In this document: one piece after another, positions 47,835-56,618 of the stretch
Numbering within the stretch: position 1 is the stretch's first letter
Layout: each line of letters starts with the position of its first letter
Origin: an uncultured Clostridia bacterium
GTDB taxonomy: Bacteria; Bacillota; Dehalobacteriia; UBA4068
DNA length: 64,000 bases
Assembly (NCBI GenBank): GCA_944390945.1
Contig: CALXRV010000066.1
Span: forward strand, 262-64,261
Direction: 5' to 3'
The notes under the pieces: model-generated
What the model was told of the DNA's origin: nothing
Database searches by the model: none
Seen by the model: only the letters and a program-made list of their open reading frames with translations
Position numbers and translations under genes: made by a program

Positions 47835-49460
47835 TTAATCTTCACTGTTGACTTGTAGCCAGAGCAGGCATTCTCCGGATTGGTTGAAGATGCCGGCCCA
47901 GCGCCGGTCACGCGAGATGATGCTGACCAGTCCATCCTCCAGCGATTGAATGGCTGAGATATTCACCTCCTGCAGTAACAGGCCTGTCTGATCGACCAGG
48001 ATGTTTCCGGACTCGCGATACAGCAGATAGCCAACTCCTTCACAATATCCCAACAGCGAAGCATTCGGCTGTGTTTCGCCCAAGCTGCGGCTGGAGAGAT
48101 CGTAGAATGTGATACCGGTGGTTTCTTCATGTTGTATGAGTAGCGTGCTTCCTCCCTCCGGCAGCAGTTGATAATAGACGACATCAGCAAAACGCTGCAG
48201 CTCTTCATTGCTTGCGGCATCATAGAGCACAAGCTCCTGCGCATCCCCGTTACGTATGGCATAGATTCCATTATGCAGATATTTAATCGTATACGGATCA
48301 CCAGCCAGGCTTTCCCAGTTTTCCTCTGGTGCGTAAAGACGATGCTCATGTGTCTCGTTATCTTGCAGCAAAAAATAGGTTCTTCCTTGGTCGCACCATG
48401 CATCAAGGCAGGATGCCCGCTGTTCTGCGGTCAGCAATGTGCACAGTGGGGAACCGTCTGCGCGCAGCAGGAGTACTTCACCATCCGGTTTACTTGCCAC
48501 ATATTGATCGAGAGCAGCGAGGTAGCTTATCGTATCATATCGTGGTGTGATGAAGATACCGGTGGTACCGAGCAGGCCACGGAGATCGCTTTCTCTATCT
48601 GCGATGCAGGCGGTCCGTTCGTTCAGCCAGCCATAAAATGTATAGTTGGCGTCGGAAAGGGCTGTACCGTTTGCATCCGTTATCGCGGTTGTCATCTCTC
48701 CTTGGTTTGTAGAGTTCTCCTCTTTCGTTTCCCAACGCTGGATAAAATAGCGACCCTGCAGGTAGCAGAGATAGCTGGCCTGTGGTATGGTGGCCAGATG
48801 TGTACCCTTTCGGTCATAGGTATGGATCTCGCCAATCCCCATTGCTTCTGCGAGCGGATCCCCTGGTTGACAGCTTTGCAGGATGATGCATTCGCTGTCC
48901 GCATAGCGCAGTATACCGGGTAAATCGTCGAGCACCCAGGTGCCGTCTGCCGCCGCCAATGCGCTGTATTGCAGCATGTTTTCACCCGTCGGATCCAGCC
49001 GAGGCAGATAGGTCAGGAAGAGCAGGGATTCTCCTTCCGGCGATTGATAGGGGGTTACTGTCTTGAAGATGGGGTCGGTTACAATCTTCCCCGTAGCATC
49101 GCAGAGTCCGAATATTTCCAACCCGCCGTCAACGCCAGACTTTGTGATCTTGCCCACATAAGGATAGAGCTTGCCGTATTCTGTGCCGGGCTGTAGGCGT
49201 TCCATTTTTTCTGCCTGGTAGCGCAGGGCAATTTCCTGCATGGGAAGGTATGGGTCAAGCTCCGGCAGTTCATCCAGGTAAAATACAGGCTGGGTTTCTC
49301 CTTCCGGCGGCGGCAATTCATCCAACCAGAATTTTAGTTCGCCTGCTTGCTCTGCTGTGACAGGCTGGTCAGAATCAGTCGGAACGATATTTGCCTGCCA
49401 AGTGCAACTGGTACAAAACAGCAATAAACAACTGGGAAGCAACAAAAACCACTTTTTCAC
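47835..49460 (-). CDS. Lipoprotein with WG/KWG-like repeats (beta-propeller-like), function unknown
   Basis: GTG start after GGAAGGAGGAG. Signal/lipobox MKKWFLLLPSCLLLFCTSC. Recurrent segments of the G..D..G..v..P.y type (GLCDATGKIVTDPIF, WAGIFNQSGECLL). Confidence 0.6.
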   Translation of the reverse strand: MKKWFLLLPSCLLLFCTSCTWQANIVPTDSDQPVTAEQAGELKFWLDELPPPEGETQPVFYLDELPELDPYLPMQEIALRYQAEKMERLQPGTEYGKLYPYVGKITKSGVDGGLEIFGLCDATGKIVTDPIFKTVTPYQSPEGESLLFLTYLPRLDPTGENMLQYSALAAADGTWVLDDLPGILRYADSECIILQSCQPGDPLAEAMGIGEIHTYDRKGTHLATIPQASYLCYLQGRYFIQRWETKEENSTNQGEMTTAITDANGTALSDANYTFYGWLNERTACIADRESDLRGLLGTTGIFITPRYDTISYLAALDQYVASKPDGEVLLLRADGSPLCTLLTAEQRASCLDAWCDQGRTYFLLQDNETHEHRLYAPEENWESLAGDPYTIKYLHNGIYAIRNGDAQELVLYDAASNEELQRFADVVYYQLLPEGGSTLLIQHEETTGITFYDLSSRSLGETQPNASLLGYCEGVGYLLYRESGNILVDQTGLLLQEVNISAIQSLEDGLVSIISRDRRWAGIFNQSGECLLWLQVNSED

Positions 49461-49956
49461 TGCAGCTCCTCCTTCCCTTAATTTTGGCGTGTTGGGATTC
49501 TGCCATGGATTATGGTTCTGGTTTGACTATGCAATGATGGTGGCAAAAGGGAACAATACTTCGGAAGTCTATCCTTTTGGCCATTATACCATAATCCTAG
49601 GCCGATTAAAAATATATGATCCCAATTTTGGTATTTGGAATACCTTTAGCCATCCTGAGTATTTCCCTGTCTACTATCACAGATGTTGAAAAGAAATTGA
49701 TTTGTTGTCGAAACGGCCCTGTTCGGCATGATAACGTAATATCTTTATATCTTGATGGGTGTCATTCGGATGATTGCAGCATCAGGTAAGTATTGATGTT
49801 TGATCATGGAATGCGAAAGCAACAAAGGAAAATTCGGTCCGCAGGGTGAAATAGGCTTCCTTTTTATTTCCAAAAACGGTATACTAATCTATAATATTAT
49901 TTCTATTTTCAACAAAGACGTTTCTAAATTATGCCAGAAATGGAGGCGATTGCTGC

Positions 49957-51039
49957 TTGCCGGACTTACTTAGGATTCTTTTGACAGTTTCCATTGCTGT
50001 AGCTGGTGGTTTCCTGGGGTTAAAACTAAAACTCCCTGCTGGCGCGATGATTGGTGCGCTGTTTGCCACAGTAATCTTTAATCTGAGCTTTGGATTGGCC
50101 TATATTCCTACCAACTGGAAGATTATTTTACAGCTTTTTACCGGTACTGTACTTGGAGTAAAAATCCATAAGGAAGATATCAAAAAACTACGACATCTGC
50201 TGATCCCTTTGATTATTTTATTGATCAGTATGGTGCTGTATAATTTTATTTTTGGTACGGCTATGCATCTTGCCAGTAGTTTGGATATTGTCACTGCACT
50301 TTTTGCAGCGGCCCCTGGCGGTATGACCGATATGGCAATTATTTCTGATGATTTTGGTGCGAATTCTTCCTATGTGGTTATCCTGCAGCTTAGCCGGCTG
50401 TTGGTGATTTATCTTTGTTTCCCACCACTTTTTCGTAAAGTCGCCCAAAAGCAGCCTGCCGTGCAGACGGGTGAGGAGACGAGCAGCCCAGCTACAGATA
50501 AGAAGAAGCAGAAACATATCTCTCGCCAGGATTGGTTACATTTTTTATCTAGCATGTTATCTGGTGGAGTTGTAGGCATATTATTCTGGCAGATCGGCAT
50601 AACAGCAGGTGCGCTGATTGGTGGCATGATTGGTGCTGCAATATTTAGTATTTGTACTGGCAAGGCCTATGTCCCGCGGTTTTGTAATCCGTATTTGAGG
50701 TTTTTTTCCGGGGCTTATATTGGGCAAAAGGTAACTTTGGCTTGTGTGTTAGGAATGGCGGATCTGATTATTCCCATATTGATCTTAGCAGCTGGTGTAC
50801 TTGTTTTTATGTTTGGTGTATCGTTTCTGATGCATAAGTTTTCTAAAGAAGATTTACTTACTTGTATGTTTATCTGTTCTCCAGGTGGCATTCAGGAAAT
50901 GAGTCTGCTGGCGGAGGACTTGGGCGCGGATGCTACTAAAACTGCATTACTACAGACGGCACGCATGGCCTCTGTTATTATCATTTTTCCTACAATGATT
51001 CGTATAACTTCATCTTTTATTTCTTGGTTGGGGCTTTAA
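49957..51039 (+). CDS. AbrB-family (PF05145-type, duplicated) membrane protein
   Basis: TTG start. 360 aa in two homologous halves of about 5 TM helices each (AGGFLGLKLKLPAGAMIGALFA / VVGILFWQIGITAGALIGGMIGAA). Low GC (28-37% in three of four hand-counted 60-nt lines). Confidence 0.7.
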   Translation: MPDLLRILLTVSIAVAGGFLGLKLKLPAGAMIGALFATVIFNLSFGLAYIPTNWKIILQLFTGTVLGVKIHKEDIKKLRHLLIPLIILLISMVLYNFIFGTAMHLASSLDIVTALFAAAPGGMTDMAIISDDFGANSSYVVILQLSRLLVIYLCFPPLFRKVAQKQPAVQTGEETSSPATDKKKQKHISRQDWLHFLSSMLSGGVVGILFWQIGITAGALIGGMIGAAIFSICTGKAYVPRFCNPYLRFFSGAYIGQKVTLACVLGMADLIIPILILAAGVLVFMFGVSFLMHKFSKEDLLTCMFICSPGGIQEMSLLAEDLGADATKTALLQTARMASVIIIFPTMIRITSSFISWLGL

Positions 51040-51083
51040 TTTGTTTTATCATACCTTGCTAGGCTTCCATTGCTGAAGTGCTG

Positions 51084-51116
51084 AAGCGGGCCGGAATCGT
51101 TCCGGCCCGCTTTTTT
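51084..51116 (+). terminator. Rho-independent terminator
   Basis: 13-bp stem AAGCGGGCCGGAA/TTCCGGCCCGCTT followed by TTTTTT. Confidence 0.9.
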
Positions 51117-51178
51117 AGGGTAACCTATTTTGACATAGATGTGGAACAATGCAGTTGTAGAAATCCATAGATACATAG

Positions 51179-51949
51179 CTAATCGGCAAAAAACTGTGCC
51201 CAGGCATATCCCCCGTAACTATTGTTGTTTTCCAAGCAGGCAACACCGATCCGGCTATATCCTGGATGAAGAATATTATCACGGTGTCCGGGAGAATCCA
51301 TCCAGGCGCTGACAACCTGTTGTGGCGTCTGCTGGCCAATGGCGATATTCTCTCCGGCCAAGCGATAAGTTGCCTGTAATTCGTCTAGTACGGTAAAGCA
51401 GGAACTGCCGTTTGGTCTGGTATGAGAAAAGAGATCGATGATCTCAACTGTGCGCAGGGCTGCTGCTTCTGTCAAGAGCGGATCAGCCTCCAAAGCTGGC
51501 AAACCAGCATTGGCCCGCTCCACATTGACCAAGCGGACGACTTCAGCTGCATATTCGCTCTCCGTAGTTTTGGTCAATTCTCCGGTTGCTTGATATGTAT
51601 GGCTGACGGTGTTTTCCGATTGCTTTTCTTTTTCATCAGGTGCTACTTGCTCTATGTTGTTGGGTTCAGCTGTGGTTAGCCATTGCTGTTTTTGCGGTGT
51701 AACATTTTGTTCATGATAAATCGATTGGAGAAGACGATAAACAGTGCTGGATAAACTTTCGCCCTCTGTTGTACTTGTTTGACAGCACGATACCAGATCT
51801 GACAAGGTGCGGGAAAATATGCTGCATGGGGTAGGCGATTGACAGTCGCTATTGCCGGCTGGACAAGCGGCCATGCGTTCTACCGGCATCAGCAGCAATA
51901 TGAGCAGGAGCAGGACGGCAAAAATCTTTTTGGATAGACGTTTCATCAA
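51179..51949 (-). CDS. Secreted CAP/SCP (YkwD-like) domain protein
   Basis: Signal peptide MMKRLSKKIFAVLLLLILLL. C-terminal ...ENIAIGQQTPQQVVSAWMDSPGHRDNILHPGYSRIGVAC. Confidence 0.8.
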   Translation of the reverse strand: MMKRLSKKIFAVLLLLILLLMPVERMAACPAGNSDCQSPTPCSIFSRTLSDLVSCCQTSTTEGESLSSTVYRLLQSIYHEQNVTPQKQQWLTTAEPNNIEQVAPDEKEKQSENTVSHTYQATGELTKTTESEYAAEVVRLVNVERANAGLPALEADPLLTEAAALRTVEIIDLFSHTRPNGSSCFTVLDELQATYRLAGENIAIGQQTPQQVVSAWMDSPGHRDNILHPGYSRIGVACLENNNSYGGYAWAQFFAD

Positions 51950-52049
51950 TGACCTCCTATGTTTTTCTATAAGGATATTTTAACACTCCTGATCCGTCCG
52001 CGCCAAATCCAAATGCTGGGATAGCAGGTATGATTTAGTAAGTAATAGT

Positions 52050-52116
52050 TGTCGAAAACTTCCTTTCCGGCAGAGACCCGCTGCGACATATTTCACCGCG
52101 GTCGGGCATTTATAAT
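52050..52116 (+). promoter_or_regulatory. spoIIE promoter region with Spo0A-box-like elements
   Basis: TGTCGAA (52050-56), inverted 0A-like TGCGACA (52082-88) over the -35 position, and TATAAT (52111-16). Confidence 0.5.
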
Positions 52117-52182
52117 AGGATTGCAAGCTCGTCCGGAGATGGATGGGATGCCGGCGGCCTTCATCCTTAAGAAAGCGGTGAT

Positions 52183-54606
52183 ATGATGTCTGATGCACCA
52201 AAAATATATCCCTTCAAACGTAGCAGTGGCGCAGCGGCGGCAGAGCCGGCCTACCATGGAAAAACACAGGCGAAAAGCAGGCTGAAAAGTTATCGCATTA
52301 CAGCATATTTGCGCGCGCTGGCAATTGGAAGCTGCTTTTTCCTTTTAGCTAGAGCGCAGATTTTGGGTGGATTATATCCATTTGGACCAGCTTGCCTGGC
52401 AGCTGCGGCAGTTACTTATCCCAGAAAAGGTGCTTTGTCTGCGATCCCTGTGCTACTCGGATTGTACAGTTCGCTGCAAGGAGAGTTTTTTCTGGTTTAT
52501 ACAGCGATCATCGCGCTGTTGGCGGTAATCTTCCTGCTTTATCATGTTGATGGAAAAAAGCAATGGTTTGTTGTTCCCGGCATGGTGTTAGCTGCAACGC
52601 TGGTCAGCAAGGGCCTGCTGATTGCCCTGACCACCTTTACAGACTACCAGCTGATGATCTCGATTTTTGAAAGCGTGATCTCTGCTGGCTTATCTCTAGT
52701 TTTTCTCGTTATCCTCAGCGCACTGCGTCGGTTTGATGTCACACGCCGTTTTACAGCGGATGAGACAATCTGTATCTTTCTTGCTGCAATGGGCATGGTC
52801 TGCGGATTGAACGGTTGGTACCTTGGAACGATTGAAGTGCAAAGCATGGTCAGCCGTCTGCTAATAATGATTGTTGCTTATTTAGGCGGCGGTGGAGCAG
52901 GCGCTGCGGTTGGCGCGATGCTTGGCGTGATCCCTAGTTTGTCCGAGGTGATCGTGCCTTCAGTAATCGCCAGCTATTGCTTTTCCGGACTGCTGGCAGG
53001 AGTTTTCGGCAGCTTTGGCCGTATCGGAACGGCAATAGGTTTCCTGCTGGGCAATATGATTCTTGCCCTTTATATTTTGACGGCGGCTGAGATCAGCGCA
53101 GGCCTTGTTGCCAGCGCAGCAGCAGGCGTGCTCTTTCTTTTAATCCCTGCAAAACTATACAGAAAGCTGGGACGCTCTTTTGCGGCCAGTGGGTTAAAAA
53201 GTGCAGAAGAGGAGCGTAATGCCAGGCTGTTGCGCGTTGCCATGCGAAAACTTCGCAATTCCAGCTGGGCTTTTCGTGATCTTGCCAATTCTCTTTCTGA
53301 ACTGTCTGGCGAGGACAAGATCAACGAAGAAGCAAATATCCGTGCGGCGATGGAACAGCTTTCCCATCAACTCTGCGCCCGCTGCTCGATGAAAGATATC
53401 TGCTGGGAGATCGATTATCATGAAACGTTCCGTGGCATCATCCGTTTATTTGAAACTGTGCGTGACGGGGAAATCGCAGAGCTGCGCGATGCACCGGAAA
53501 ATTTTTCAAAACGTTGTCCGCATATTCGAGAATTAATCGCGATTGTAAACTGCCTGTTCGATCTTTACTGCCGCAGTAATTTTTGGCAGTTGCAGCGCAT
53601 CAGCAGCCGACGGTTGATCAGCAACCAGCTGGAAGGCGCAGCGGAAGTTTTAGAAAAAATCGCCTCAGAGATCACGGATTTTGGTGAAGAACGTGAGATT
53701 CTGGAACGCGAATTGCAGCGTGCAATGGCGCGCCGCGGCATGCCGGTAGAGGCGGCAGGGATTGGCGGCGTCAGTGATAAGGCGATTGATGTCTGGGTGC
53801 AGTATATTGAATGTCCCGGCGAAGGCTTTTGCCGGCAGGCAGTTGAAGAAGAAGTGGGAAGGCTGCTTGGGTGTCCGTTTTATGTGCACGAAACCTCCTG
53901 CGGTGGCAAGAATTGTGCCGGTCGTTGTTCCTATAGACTGCTGGCGGGCGGTGCGCATCATTTTCATGTTGGCAAGGCGCAGCTGGCGAAAAACGGCAGG
54001 GAAGTCTGCGGCGATAGCGGCGGCAGCCTTTTGCTGGATGAAGGGCGGCAGCTGCTGTTGATCAGCGATGGGATGGGCGTTGGCGACACGGCAGCGCGGG
54101 AAAGCGGAGAAGCGATCTCTCTGGTCAGCCGATTGCTGGATGCTGGTTTTCGCCAGGATACCGCGGTCGATATTGTTAATGCTGTGCTTTCGCTGCGCGG
54201 CGAGGAGGAAAGCTTTGTCACTCTCGATCTCTGCATTGTTGATCTCTATACTGGTATGGCTGATTTTATTAAAACTGGCGCAGCGGCGAGCTATATCAAG
54301 CGTGGCAGTTCGGTACGGGCGATCAAAGGCAGCTCGTTACCTGTTGGCATGTTATATCACGTGGAAAAGGAGGTGATCAGCGAACAGATCATGCCGGGTG
54401 ATATGATCATCCTGGCCAGCGACGGCCTGCTTGATATGGATATTGATGAGGAAGGGCAATGGCTGACTCGCATTATTGAGCAGGCCGCCGCGAATACGCC
54501 GCAAGCTTTGGCGGAGTATTTGTTGGACAAGGTGATCAGCATCAGCGGCGGAAAGATTAAAGATGATATTACCGTGCTTGTTGCGCAAATGGGAGAAGTT
54601 GCCTGA
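52183..54606 (+). CDS. spoIIE: Stage II sporulation protein E (PP2C phosphatase)
   Basis: About 10 N-terminal TM helices, a central domain, and a C-terminal PP2C domain (CGDSGG...LLLISDGMGVG...ILASDGLLD). Confidence 0.93.
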   Translation: MMSDAPKIYPFKRSSGAAAAEPAYHGKTQAKSRLKSYRITAYLRALAIGSCFFLLARAQILGGLYPFGPACLAAAAVTYPRKGALSAIPVLLGLYSSLQGEFFLVYTAIIALLAVIFLLYHVDGKKQWFVVPGMVLAATLVSKGLLIALTTFTDYQLMISIFESVISAGLSLVFLVILSALRRFDVTRRFTADETICIFLAAMGMVCGLNGWYLGTIEVQSMVSRLLIMIVAYLGGGGAGAAVGAMLGVIPSLSEVIVPSVIASYCFSGLLAGVFGSFGRIGTAIGFLLGNMILALYILTAAEISAGLVASAAAGVLFLLIPAKLYRKLGRSFAASGLKSAEEERNARLLRVAMRKLRNSSWAFRDLANSLSELSGEDKINEEANIRAAMEQLSHQLCARCSMKDICWEIDYHETFRGIIRLFETVRDGEIAELRDAPENFSKRCPHIRELIAIVNCLFDLYCRSNFWQLQRISSRRLISNQLEGAAEVLEKIASEITDFGEEREILERELQRAMARRGMPVEAAGIGGVSDKAIDVWVQYIECPGEGFCRQAVEEEVGRLLGCPFYVHETSCGGKNCAGRCSYRLLAGGAHHFHVGKAQLAKNGREVCGDSGGSLLLDEGRQLLLISDGMGVGDTAARESGEAISLVSRLLDAGFRQDTAVDIVNAVLSLRGEEESFVTLDLCIVDLYTGMADFIKTGAAASYIKRGSSVRAIKGSSLPVGMLYHVEKEVISEQIMPGDMIILASDGLLDMDIDEEGQWLTRIIEQAAANTPQALAEYLLDKVISISGGKIKDDITVLVAQMGEVA

Positions 54607-54700
54607 TCTTTTACGGCAATAACGGGCAGCCAATTCGGCTGCAACCATGAACTGGATGCAAGCAAAGGACGACTGAGTTTAAGATTGGTAGGCAAGAAGC

Positions 54701-54737
54701 AGGCAGGCAAATGGTTCAGTTTGCCTGCCTTGTTTTA
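54701..54737 (+). terminator. Rho-independent terminator of spoIIE
   Basis: Stem AGGCAGGCAA/TTGCCTGCCT with a 10-nt loop, then TGTTTTA. Confidence 0.75.
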
Positions 54738-55134
54738 TGCTGGTCATCTCGTCTGCATAAATTGGAATTCCTTACATGTTGCGGCAGAATAAAAAGCGGC
54801 TATCAGAAGTATAGCTAATCCATCATGTGCCGGATCGTTTGCGATGCGGCAAAACAATACCTCTCGGTCGGGGGAAGACTATCGTTTGTTAAGTTTAGCA
54901 TTTATCTGATGGAGGTTACTATTTACCTAATAGCTAATCGATAACGAGATAATGATTTCCTAAAACTTCATTGCAACAAGAGAGTTCGCTTTTGCATGCG
55001 GTTTGTGCTGGTAAGGAAAAGGGAAAACTTTATCAAAGGCGAAATACTAAGAGTTGCCAACGCAGTTTCTTCTCTTTTGCTGGTTTGCTGATTCCCAGAT
55101 CAGCGAAAGCTTTTGCGCGGACGGAGATCGTGAC

Positions 55135-56496
55135 ATGGATATTCTTCGGCAGGTCAAGGCATATATGAAGGCTGAACGGATGCTGGAACGTTGCCATTTG
55201 GTGATTGCGGCAGTCTCGGGCGGTGTGGATTCGATGGTAATGGCAGATCTGCTTGAGCGTCTGCAGGAAGAGTTGGGCTTTCAGCTCGTGATCGCTAATT
55301 TTAATCACCGCCTGCGGCCTGAGGCAGAGGCAGAGGCCACCTTTGTCGGTGATTGGGCGCGTCGGCATGGGCTGCCGTTTTGTGCTGGCACCGCAGATAT
55401 CGCGCAATTATCGCAGGGAAAAAATCTGCAAGATACTGCGCGGCGTGAACGCTATGCATTTTTGCGCAGTGTGGCCTTTCGTTTGGGTGGCGCGGCGATT
55501 GCTACCGCGCATCATAGTGACGACCAGGCCGAGACTGTATTGTTGCATTTGCTGCGCGGCAGTGGGCTGGGGGGATTGTCCGCCATGTTGCCAGTGGAAA
55601 ACGGTGTGATTCGTCCAATGCTTTGTCTGGATCGTGAAGCGATTTGCCGCTATGCGCGGGAGCAAGGCATCGAATGGCGTGAGGACGAGAGTAATCACAG
55701 CGACAAATATCTGCGTAACCGCATCCGGCATCAGCTGATGCCACTTCTCGCCAGCTATAATCCACGGATCAGCGAGGCGTTGAATAATGCGGCACTCATC
55801 TGCCGTGATGAAGATGCCTTGCTGGACGAAATGGCGGAAATATCGTTGGCAGAGTTATGGCTGGAGGACGATGTGGCGCTGGATGGGCCTGGTTTTGATG
55901 CATTGGCGCCAGCTCTGCAGCGGCGGGTGCTACGGAAAGCGTTCTGTCTTTCTGCGGGGGATCTGCCGGAACTTTCATTTTTGCAGGTGGAAAATGTACT
56001 GGCATTGCGCGATGGTCAGGCATGCACCTTGCCACGAGGTATACAGGCCTACCGCCGTGGGCATCTCTATTTTGCTACACAGGTGCCGCCGTTGCCTGCA
56101 GTAGAGGAAAACTATCCGCTGGAAATCGATAGCGCAGAGGATATCTGGCATGTTTTACCAGAGATGGGCTGGGCATATCATACTGAGCTCTGTGCTGAAG
56201 CACGGCCTGTCATTGGCCTGGATAGTTTTCTGCTCCCTGGTGACTTAGCAGATCAGGCCTATTGGCGTACGCGAAGGCAAGGCGATAGCTTGCCTTCACG
56301 GGGACGTTGCGGTCGGCGTAAACTGAAGGAATTATTCATCGATGCACATGTACCGCAGCATGAGCGCGGTTGTTGGCCATTGCTTACGACTGGCAGCGAT
56401 ATTCTTTGGGTGCCTAAGCTTTGGCGAGCAGAAATTCATGTGAGGAACGGCAAGTGCATATTGATAAAAATCAAGCGTTGTGATAAAATTATATAA
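55135..56496 (+). CDS. tilS: tRNA(Ile)-lysidine synthase
   Basis: Start trimmed to MDILRQ after GGAGAT. PP-loop AAVSGGVDSMVM; also HHSDDQAETVLLHLLRG. Confidence 0.93.
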   Translation: MDILRQVKAYMKAERMLERCHLVIAAVSGGVDSMVMADLLERLQEELGFQLVIANFNHRLRPEAEAEATFVGDWARRHGLPFCAGTADIAQLSQGKNLQDTARRERYAFLRSVAFRLGGAAIATAHHSDDQAETVLLHLLRGSGLGGLSAMLPVENGVIRPMLCLDREAICRYAREQGIEWREDESNHSDKYLRNRIRHQLMPLLASYNPRISEALNNAALICRDEDALLDEMAEISLAELWLEDDVALDGPGFDALAPALQRRVLRKAFCLSAGDLPELSFLQVENVLALRDGQACTLPRGIQAYRRGHLYFATQVPPLPAVEENYPLEIDSAEDIWHVLPEMGWAYHTELCAEARPVIGLDSFLLPGDLADQAYWRTRRQGDSLPSRGRCGRRKLKELFIDAHVPQHERGCWPLLTTGSDILWVPKLWRAEIHVRNGKCILIKIKRCDKII

Positions 56497-56618
56497 TGTC
56501 TGGCAGTTTAGCAGGCAGCATTTTTGCTTCTCAAATTGATGCGGAAAAGAGTTGTACCAGCGCGGCAACAGCCGCTCTGTGAGACGATAGAGTGGTTCTG
56601 GTAGGAAAGGAGACGCCT

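Noticed and set aside
49636-49650. TGGAAT-N5-TAGC with correct -24/-12 spacing.
   Set aside because: Both elements are degenerate (TGGAAT versus TGGCAC, TAGC versus TTGC), and the site is about 310 nt from the next gene. It is indistinguishable from chance.
49357-49689. 110-aa plus-strand ORF in the AT-rich spacer.
   Set aside because: Its 5' part overlaps the start of the minus-strand lipoprotein gene. It has no SD, an aromatic-rich improbable sequence and no family resemblance.
46660-49712. Perfect Spo0A-box heptamers TGTCGAA at 46660-46666 and 49706-49712 in intergenic DNA.
   Set aside because: A given 7-mer is expected about 8 times in 64 kb counting both strands (128,000/16,384). Without positional context like that at spoIIE, these cannot be called sites.
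51175-54939. 10-mer ATAGCTAATC occurring three times (51175-84, 54811-20, 54930-39).
   Set aside because: There is no extended similarity around the copies. Repeated 10-mers are expected by chance in a 64-kb window, so this is not a repeat family.
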